This document shows, in pieces, positions 54,791 to 64,000 of a DNA stretch of 64,000 nt. The stretch lies in contig OZ024766.1 of assembly GCA_964016885.1 (NCBI GenBank), positions 16,740,001 to 16,804,000 of the forward strand. The letters are read 5' to 3'. Position 1 is the first letter of the stretch. Every line of letters begins with the position of its first letter. This DNA comes from Eledone cirrhosa (lineage: Eukaryota). The translations under genes were made by a program, and so were the position numbers. The notes beneath the pieces are model-generated. The model had not been told where the DNA came from and made no database searches. It worked only from the letters and a program-made list of their open reading frames with translations.

Positions 54791-55700
54791 AACATATGAA
54801 ACAATCACAGGGGATAATTTGTAAAAGTGTGTAAGCACACATAGCTAGGTAGGTAACTAAATAAATTTAACTAGAACTTCAAAAATAGATACCTTAGAAA
54901 ATGATTAATCTTCCTTGTATATATTCCATTAAAGAAATATATTTCACCAATTAATCGATTGGTAAACGACAGTAGCCAGATCTTGGATTCTCAACAAGGA
55001 AGAAGTCCAACCATCTGTGTTTACGCATCAAGTTCAAATCAGCGACTGACCAGTAACACGTGCTGTATCTACTAAATATACACACATCATACCAGCTTCG
55101 TCCCAGTGGCGTGAATAGGGTTATTGACAACTAGAAACAGCAGTCACGTCCTTTCAACAGAGTTATCTCTACAATTAAGGGGCCGTATTTATATATATAT
55201 ATCCAAAATTAAGATAAATTAAAATAAAATTAATGTAAATCAAATTATGGGTGTCATGCCAGAAAGACATGCGCCATATCACCCGTAAAATAAGCACCAT
55301 GGAGCTTATTTTACGGGTGATATGGCACCTGTCTTTCTGGCATGACTCCCATAATTTGATTTACATTAATTTTATTTTAATTTATCTTAATTTTGGATAC
55401 ATATATATAAATACAGAGAAAGAGAAGAGTAGACAAACAGACAATGACAAAGAAGAGGAATTAACCACCCCAGTATTTCACTGGTATTTCATTTATTGGC
55501 CTCAAAATATCGAAGCAAATTTACCTCAGTGGGATTTGTACTCTGAGAACTAGAACAGACACTGAAAATATATCAAGATGTGCACACACGTATATAAGAA
55601 CACATATAAACATACACATACATATATACACACACACATATACACAAATACAGATAATCATTTTCATGGACAGAAACTTCTACACACTGACATATACACT

Positions 55701-55736
<36 letters not shown>

Positions 55737-56279
55737 AAAATGTTTAACCCCGACGGCAGAGCTCAAGCCATTTCGACGGTTATGTCTGGACTGTTTCCAG
55801 AAATAGCCGTCGAAACGGATTGAGCTCTGCCGTCGGGGTAAAACATTTTCCTATTACCCGCTCTACTACCCTAAGTATTGAGTACTCTGGTGCGTATATG
55901 GTCCATCTGGTTCTTTACCACACCTCCTTTGTTATATATATATAAAATTATAAGAAACGAAAGGAGCTGTGTGGTTACTGTAAACAAAGTCTAAGATGGT
56001 AATATGGATGAAAGGAGAGAAGAAACCCTTCATCAGCTGTAAACCAAGATCATAGATGTTTTGGCACATATATATATATACAGTGTTTGTAAATTCTGTA
56101 CCATACAGATTTGTCAGCATAAGTCTTGGTTACAACTTCTACAAATAAAATGAAAGGAGAATAATTTCAGAACAAACAAGTTTTATTGAAAACATTAACA
56201 ACATTGGTGGCACTATTTTGGGTGAGTGACATGGTTTTTATCTTGTCTGATTGTGTTTGTGTAACATTAAGTAACCTTA

Positions 56280-57208
56280 TGTTGGTACCACAACATTTAG
56301 AAAATGATTTGCCACAGACATCACAATTATATGGTTCCTCTCCTGTATATGTTAGTGTCTAGTGAAGTCACAACATATAGAGAAGGATTTATCACAGACA
56401 TCACAGTGATATGGTTCCTCTCCTGTATATGTTAGCGTGTAGTGAAGCCACAATATTTAGAGAAGGATTTATCACAGACATCACAGTGATATGGTTCCTC
56501 TCCTGTATGTTAGTTTCTAGTGAAGTCACAACATTTAAAGAATGATTTACCACAGACATCACAGTGATATGGTTCCTCTCCTGTATATGTTAGTGTCTAG
56601 TGAAGTCACAACATTTAGAGAAGGATTTATCACAGACATCACAGTGATATAGTTCCTCTCCTGTATATGTTAGTGTCTAGAGAAACCACAACATTTAGAG
56701 AATGATTTACCACAGACATCACAGTGATAAGGTTCCTCTCCTGTATATGCTAGTGTGTAGTGAAGCCACAACATTTAGAGAATGATTTACTACAGATATC
56801 ACAGTGATATGGTTCCTCTCCTGTATATGTTAGTGTGTAGTGAAGCCACATTTAGAGAATGATTTACTGCAAATATCACAGTGATATGGTTCCTTTTCTG
56901 TAAATGTTAGTGCTGAGTGAAGTGACTTATTTCAGAGAATGATTTCCCACAGATATCACAGTGATATGGTTTCTCTCCTGTATATATATCTTTCTGCCTA
57001 GTTAAGCTAGCTTTTATAGATAACAATTTCCCACAGATATCACAGTAATATGGCTTTTCTCCAGTATATATTTATGTTTGTATGTAGTTAATGTAGCAAT
57101 ACAAGAGAATAATTTCTCCACAATATCACAGTGGTATGGCTTCTCACTCATATGAATGTATTTGTGTCTAATTAATTTACAATTTTGAGACAATGAGATA
57201 TGACTTTG
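56280..57208 (-). pseudogene. Degenerate finger array 3' of ZF copy 6 (long)
   Basis: Period 80 (56341/56421). Confidence 0.8.
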
Positions 57209-58654
57209 TTATGGTCTCTTACCTGTATGGGTATATTTGTGTTTAGTTAAACTACTTAATTGAGAGAATGATTTACCACAGATATCACAGTGATATGGCT
57301 TGTCTCCTGTATGGGTACGTATGTGGCTAGTTAAGGGACCACTTATAGAGAATGATTTACCACAGATATCACAGCGATATGGCTTCTCTACTGTATGTAT
57401 ACGTTTGTGTCTAGTTAAGGTACCACTTTCAGAGAATGATTTACCACAGATATCACAGTGATATGGGTTCTCTCCTGTATGTATACGTTTGTGGCTAGTT
57501 AAGGTACAACTTTGAGAGAATGATTTACCACAGATATGACAGTGATATGGGTTCTCTCCTGTATGTATACGTTTGTGGCTAGTTAAGGTACAACTTTGAG
57601 AGAATGATTTACCACAGATATCACAGTGATATGGCTTGTCTCCAGTATGGGTACGTATGTGGCTAGTTAAGGGACCACTTAGAGAGAATGATTTACCACA
57701 GATATCACAGCGATATGGCTTCTCTACTGTATGTATACGTTTGTGTCTAGTTAAGCTACCACTTTCAGAGAATGATTTACCACAGATATCACAGTGATAT
57801 GGCTTGTCTCCTGTATGGGTACGTATGTGGCTAGTTAAGTTACCACTTTCAGAGAATGTTTTACCACAGATATCACAGTGATATGGCTTCTCTCCTGTAT
57901 GGGTACGTTTGTGGCTAGTTAAGCCAGGACTTTGAGAGAATGATTTACCACAAATATCACAGTGATATGGCTTCTCTCCTGTATGTATACGTTTGTGGCT
58001 AGTTAAGTTACCACTTTCAGAGAATGATTTCCCACAGATATCACAGTGATATGGGTTCTCTCCTGTATGTATACGTTTGTGGCTAGTTAAGGTACAACTT
58101 TGAGAGAATGATTTACCACAGATATCACAGTGATATGGGTTCTCTCCTGTATGTATACGTTTGTGGCTAGTTAAGGTACAACTTTGAGAGAATGATTTAC
58201 CACAGATATCACAGTGATATGGTTCGTCATCTGTATGGGTACGTATGTGAAAAGTTAATATACTACTTAGAGAGAATGATTTACCACAGATATCACAGCG
58301 ATATGGCTTCTCACCTGTATGTGTCCGTTTGTGGCCAGTTAAGTGACTACTTTGAGAGAATGATTTACCACAGATATCACAGTGGTATGGCTTCTCTCCT
58401 GTATGGGTACGTATGTGACAAGTTAATTTACTCCTAACAGAGAATGATTTAACACAGATATCACAGTGGTATGGCTTCTCTCCGGTATGTGTACGTTTGT
58501 GGCTTGTTAAATTACCCTTAACAGAGAATGATTTACCACAGACATCACAGTGAAATGGCTTCTCTCCTCTATCCTTTGACATCTCTTCTGTAATAGCCAT
58601 ATCTTTAGACATTGTTTCACATTTAATCTTCTTTTCACTCAATATATTTTCCAT
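57209..58654 (-). CDS. Poly-C2H2 zinc-finger protein, copy 6 (481 aa, 16 fingers)
   Basis: Leader plus 16 x 28 aa, terminal finger ends HTGKRP. Confidence 0.95.
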   Translation of the reverse strand: MENILSEKKIKCETMSKDMAITEEMSKDRGEKPFHCDVCGKSFSVKGNLTSHKRTHTGEKPYHCDICVKSFSVRSKLTCHIRTHTGEKPYHCDICGKSFSQSSHLTGHKRTHTGEKPYRCDICGKSFSLSSILTFHIRTHTDDEPYHCDICGKSFSQSCTLTSHKRIHTGENPYHCDICGKSFSQSCTLTSHKRIHTGENPYHCDICGKSFSESGNLTSHKRIHTGEKPYHCDICGKSFSQSPGLTSHKRTHTGEKPYHCDICGKTFSESGNLTSHIRTHTGDKPYHCDICGKSFSESGSLTRHKRIHTVEKPYRCDICGKSFSLSGPLTSHIRTHTGDKPYHCDICGKSFSQSCTLTSHKRIHTGENPYHCHICGKSFSQSCTLTSHKRIHTGENPYHCDICGKSFSESGTLTRHKRIHTVEKPYRCDICGKSFSISGPLTSHIRTHTGDKPYHCDICGKSFSQLSSLTKHKYTHTGKRP

Positions 58655-58897
58655 AATAATTCTTCTTCCCTTGGCAGAATTTACAGATGTTATTCTTTAA
58701 TATTTTTTATATTATAGTCCTAAAAAATATTTCTTCTGTTATATTTCCCTCAATTATGATCTCAGTTAATACCTGAAGATGATGCAAACTTCTTTGTCAT
58801 TGAAGCTGAGTTAAAATACAAAATATATCTCTCATATATACACCACACAGTGAAGAAAAGGAATTTTGTCTTTAAACTCAGTTCTGAGGAAATATAT

Positions 58898-59131
58898 CAC
58901 AGTAATTCTGATTGATTTTTATAAACAGTGTTATATAAGTTCTGTTTAAAAAGTTTTAATCTTCAAATGATGATAAATAGAGGTGATGTATCCAAGATTG
59001 AAAACAATAATTTTCACAGTAATTCTGATAGATTTATATAAACAGTGTTATATAAGTTATGTTTAAAAAGTTTTAATCTTCAAATGATGATAAATAGAGG
59101 TGATGTATCCAAGATTGAAAATAATAATTTA
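58898..59131. repeat. 117-bp tandem duplication in the putative 5'UTR of ZF copy 6
   Basis: cacagtaattctga...aataattt starts at 58898 and again at 59015; single copy in the other units. Confidence 0.88.
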
Positions 59132-59974
59132 TCCTAATGTCATCTTATATTCTGAAATGAAAAAGAAACAGTATGAGATAATAGAGAATACTTAAGAAGC
59201 AGAGATAGATTTAACAGTGGAAATTTTACATCTATAAACCCTGGAAACTTTTTATTGAAAAATCAAATTATTTTAGTTTTTAATTAGTTACAAGAATTCT
59301 TCCTCCACACCTGCAACCATGACTGCATCTGGGGTTCTCTTCTCTTCAGAGAGATGGAGAGAATACTTTGCTGATCTCCCAAACCCGATCACAACAGCAT
59401 CTTCGGATGTACATGAGGTGAATCTGATAGCGGTGACTAATCTCTCGGAGGCTGAGGTCACAAGAGCAATTAAAGAGCTCAAATGTGACCGACTCATGTG
59501 TGTCAGATGGCCTGGGTCTCTGAAATGGCACTCAAGCAAGGCAATCGGGAGTGATAATCCCAATTTATAAAAAGGGAGACACGAGAGATTGTTCCAAATA
59601 GAGAGGGATCACCTTGTTAAGCCTCCCTGGTAAAGTATATGCTAAGTTTCTGGCAAAGTGATGTAGCGAGTCCAAGCTAGCTGATGGACAGTGCTGTTTT
59701 CTCCCTGGGTGCAACATAACCCACCAAATATTCACACTGTGGCAGGTCTTTGTGAAATCGTGGGAGTATTGCTAAGAGGTATATATTATCGTTTTATAGA
59801 CCTTGAAAATGCATATGATTGCATTCTTCAGGACCTGCTGTGCACACAGGAGTTCCCATGGGCAGCCAGTCTTAAACATTTCTGTTATAGGCTGCAGGAC
59901 GATAATAACTAAGTGAGGGCTAAGAACAGAGCCCTGGTGGACACCAGACTACACTCCAAATTCTTCACTATAAT

Positions 59975-60151
59975 TGTTTCTATTTTAAACACAAGACCAG
60001 CAATTACCCAGTACATTACTGGTACTTTAATTTATCGACCCCGTATGGATGTAAAGCAAAGTTAACCTCGGCTGGATTTGAACTCAGATCATAAAGGGAC
60101 GTAACTCTGTGCCTCAAAGCATGGTGTCCGACTCTCTACCGATACTGCCAC
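59975..60151 (-). mobile_element. SINE copy, unit 6
   Basis: Same position; right TSD partly deleted. Confidence 0.83.
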
Positions 60152-60459
60152 TTCACTATGAATGTTAATCCTGACATTGCTGACTGCTCTTCTATACATG
60201 GCTTTATGATCCTGTATACAAGACATGTATCAGACGGTTATTCAGCTAGCTCTTTAGAGTATTAGAACCTTATTATGTACAGCCACCGAGATCCCACACC
60301 AACAGATGTCCCTTCACCATCAAAGCAGTGCCCTGAAATACAGATACTAAACCCCAACATAATTATAATGAAATGAAACCCACAATAAAGTAATGTTCAA
60401 CCATAAGTAGATGAAGTTAATTAAATTGTAAGAGATTTAGAATAAAATAGACAAAATAT

Positions 60460-61845
60460 TAATTTACTTGAATTAAATAGACGTTTAAATTTACATAATT
60501 AAATAGACGGAGGTAATTTAATTAATAAAAATATCTTTAACTTACTTAAAGCAATGACAAAGTACAGCTAAATATAAACTATATTTTATAATGTAAGGTA
60601 GTGAACAAGATAATTAAATAGACGGAGGTAATTTAGATAACAAAAATATCTTTAACTTACTTAAATTAATTTACAAGGTACAGCTAAATATAAACTATAT
60701 TTTATAATGTAAGGTAGTGAACAAGATAATTAAATAGACGGAGGTAATTTAGATAACAAAAATATCTTTAATTTACTTAAATTAATTTACAAGGTACAGC
60801 TAAATATAAACTAGTGAACAAGATAATTAAATAGACGGAGGCAATTTGAATAATAAATATATCTTTAATTTACTTAAAGCAATAACAAGGTACAGCTAAA
60901 TATAAACTATATTTTATAATGTAAGGTAGTGAACAAGATAATTAAATAGACGGAGGTAATTTAAATAATAAATATATCTTTAATTTACTTAAATTAATTT
61001 ACAAGGTACAGCTAAATATAAACTAGTGAACAAGATAATTAAATAGACGGAGGCAATTTAAATAATAAATATATCTTTAATTTACTTAAAGCAATAACAA
61101 GGTACAGCTAAATATAAACTATATTTTATAATGTAAGGTAGTGAACAAGATAAATAAATAGACGGAGGTAATTTAGATAACAAAAATATCTTTAACTTAC
61201 TTAAATTAATTTACAAGGTACAGCTAAATATAAACTATATTTTATAATGTAAGGTAGTGAACAAGATAATTAAATAGACGGAGGTAATTTAGATAACAAA
61301 AATATCTTTAATTTACTTAAATTAATTTACAAGGTACAGCTAAATATAAACTAGTGAACAAGATAATTAAATAGACGGAGGCAATTTGAATAATAAATAT
61401 ATCTTTAATTTACTTAAAGCAATAACAAGGTACAGCTAAATATAAACTATATTTTATAATGTAAGGTAGTGAACAAGATAATTAAATAGACGGAGGTAAT
61501 TTAAATAATAAATATATCTTTAATTTACTTAAATTAATTTACAAGGTACAGCTAAATATAAACTAGTGAACAAGATAATTAAATAGACGGAGGCAATTTA
61601 AATAATAAATATATCTTTAATTTACTTAAAGCAATAACAAGGTACAGCTAAATATAAACTATATTTTATAATGTAAGGTAGTGAACCACATAATTAAATA
61701 GACGGAGGTAATTTAGATAATAAATATATCTTTAATTTACTTAAAGCAATAACAAGGTACAGCTAAATATAAACTATATTTTATAATGTAAGGTAGTGAA
61801 CAAGATAATTAAATAGACGGAGGTAATTTAAATAATAAAGACAGT
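60460..61845. repeat. 115-bp minisatellite, unit 6 (~12-13 copies)
   Basis: Same monomer plus shorter variants; 540-bp higher-order duplication. Confidence 0.9.
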
Positions 61846-62374
61846 CATGATAACAATATATTTATATCACATGTAACAGTGGAATCTGGTTAATTACTGG
61901 TGCGTTGTAGGGTTAAAATAATTATATTATTTACACACATTAATATAGACATTAAGTAAATCTTTGTCAACTTACCTCCTTCACATATAATCAATGTATT
62001 GTGTTGTTAGTTGTTACTAAACAACCAAAGAAATAATCTCTTTGTTATCAAATTAGAAGTTTCAATGTTATCAGCTTTATTTCACGACATTAACGTTGGT
62101 GTATCTTCTTCATCTTTAGTCATAAATTGATATCTTGTCAGAATGAAGTAGTGAGGCTGACTTTATGTCTTTAGCTACAGATTTAATAGGAAATATATAT
62201 ATATTAGGTTGATATGTGGTCTAAAATATATATATTGTCTATAAATGACTGAGAGCAGATGTTCTGGTGAAATAGTAGTTTTACTACTACAGATTGTAAT
62301 GGAACTCTTAGTAGACACAATTGTAAAGTAAGAATATATATGACAGTGTAAGACTGATGTCGGGGAATTAAAAT

Positions 62375-62405
<31 letters not shown>

Positions 62406-62779
62406 CACAAGATATAATTAGATTAATTAAAGTTATAACGAAGACAGCAGGTACTCGGCGTCTTAGCAAATGTTTCAAAACTCGTACCGGTGTCAAACGT
62501 TAAAAGTCCCTGACATAATTTAATACCTTCAGACACATTTCCAGTCGTATTTAATTCTATAGTGATGTGATTTATTAAAAAGAAATATGATAATTGTTTC
62601 TACTTTAGGCACAAGGCCAGCAATTACCCCAGTGTATGACTGGTACTTTATTTTACCGACCCCGTAATAATTGTTTCTACTTTAGGCACAAGGCCAGCAA
62701 TTACCTAATACATTACTGGTACTTTATAATACCGACCCCGTAGGGATGAAAGGCAAAGCTAACCTCTGAGGGATTAACT

Positions 62780-63180
62780 TTGCTTTTCATCCTTATCTCT
62801 ATACATATAGAAAATGGACAGAGTGTGTACTTCACTGAAACCACTGCTCATCAGTTGACACCAGCACCACCTGACACTACTCTAACTGCTTTTTTGAAAC
62901 ACTGCCAGAATAAAGAAATTGTTCGATCCCTCCTATATGCTGACATCCCAAAATACTACACCTGGACCAATTGTAAGACTTGGAATCAAAGGAAGCAGGG
63001 TCATTTAGTGGAAGGTGATGAAGTCAAGGCAAGTGATGCTATTGGGCATGTTTACAATGACCACCCCAACAACAGAGAGAGTTTTTATTTACAGTCACTT
63101 CTGGATATTGTTCAAGGACCAACGTCATTTGAGGATCTCAGGTGATTTGGTGGCAGAGAGCAGCACATCCCAAGAAGCAT
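62780..63180 (+). mobile_element. Helitron relic, unit 6 (left part)
   Basis: 121-aa ORF 62780-63145. Confidence 0.82.
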
Positions 63181-63183
63181 ACT

Positions 63184-64000
63184 ATGGACACCTGTATGAC
63201 GACTGACATTGGAAAAAGAGACAAGAAGGAGCAGTCACTGGAGTAGCCAGTTAAATAAGACAGCCATGGACTCCTGTATGACAACTGAGATTGGAAGAAG
63301 AGACTAGAAGGAGCAGTCACTGGAGTAGCCAGTTATATAAAACAGCCATGGACTCCTGTATGACAACTGACATTGGAAGAAGGGACTAGAAGGAGCAGTC
63401 ACTGGAGTAGCCAATTAAATAAGACAGCCATGGACTCCTGTATGACAACTGACATTGGAAGAAGAAGAGACTAGAAGGAGCAGTCACTGGAGTAGCCAGT
63501 TAAATAAGACAGCCATGGACTCCTGTATGACAACTGACATTGGAAGAAGAAGAGACTAGAAGGAGCAGTCACTGGAGTAGCCAGTTAAATAAGACAGCCA
63601 TGGACTCCTGTATGACAACTGACATTGGAAGAAGGGACTAGAAGGAGCAGTCACTGGAGTAGCCAGTTAAATAAGACAGCCATGGACTCCTGTATGACAA
63701 GTGACATTGGAAGAAGAGACTAGAAGGAGCAGTCACTGGAGTAGCCAGTTAAATAAGACAGCCATGGACTCCTGTATGACAACTGACATTGGAAGAAGGG
63801 ACTAGAAGGAGCAGTCACTGGAGTAGCCAGTTAAATAAGACAGCCATGGACTCCTGTATGACAACTGACATTGGAAGAAGGGACTAGAAGGAGCAGTCAC
63901 TGGAGTAGCCAGTTAAATAAGACAGCCATGGACTCCTGTATGACAAGTGACATTGGAAGAAGAGACTAGAAGGAGCAGTCACTGGAGTAGCCAGTTAAAT
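63184..64000. repeat. 82-bp minisatellite, unit 6 (>=10 copies, truncated by window)
   Basis: Same monomer. Confidence 0.95.

Larger units (their letters stand above)
57209..64000. repeat. Tandem segmental-duplication unit 6 (partial, runs off the window)
   Basis: Colinear up to the 82-bp array. Confidence 0.93.

Overview
Eukaryotic, AT-rich animal DNA, most likely a coleoid cephalopod such as Octopus. This is inferred from the [17 protein letters not shown] finger style, the SINE/RTE content and the (TA)n microsatellites. The window is a head-to-tail tandem array of a ~10-13 kb cassette (5 complete periods plus flanking parts). Each cassette carries one minus-strand poly-C2H2 zinc-finger gene whose ORF lies in one exon (20, 18, 11, 16, 10 and 16 fingers; no KRAB/ZAD/BTB domain). 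It also carries a fixed series of co-duplicated parts: RTE RT relics, a tRNA-derived SINE with TSD, a 115-bp AT-rich minisatellite, a putative 199-nt non-coding exon, a Helitron relic whose coding sequence has expanded into an 82-bp minisatellite, two long palindromes and an 80-bp frameshifted pseudo-finger array. Two young copy-specific LINE insertions are present: a 5'-truncated CR1 and an apparently near full-length RTE with an intact 1006-aa ORF and 203-bp 5' monomers. The most notable signals are finger-level shuffling with variation concentrated in the recognition helix, recombinant mosaic cassettes, several VNTRs changing size independently within each cassette, and apparent arm-to-arm correction of a palindrome. 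Boundaries and copy numbers were read by eye and are approximate unless stated.
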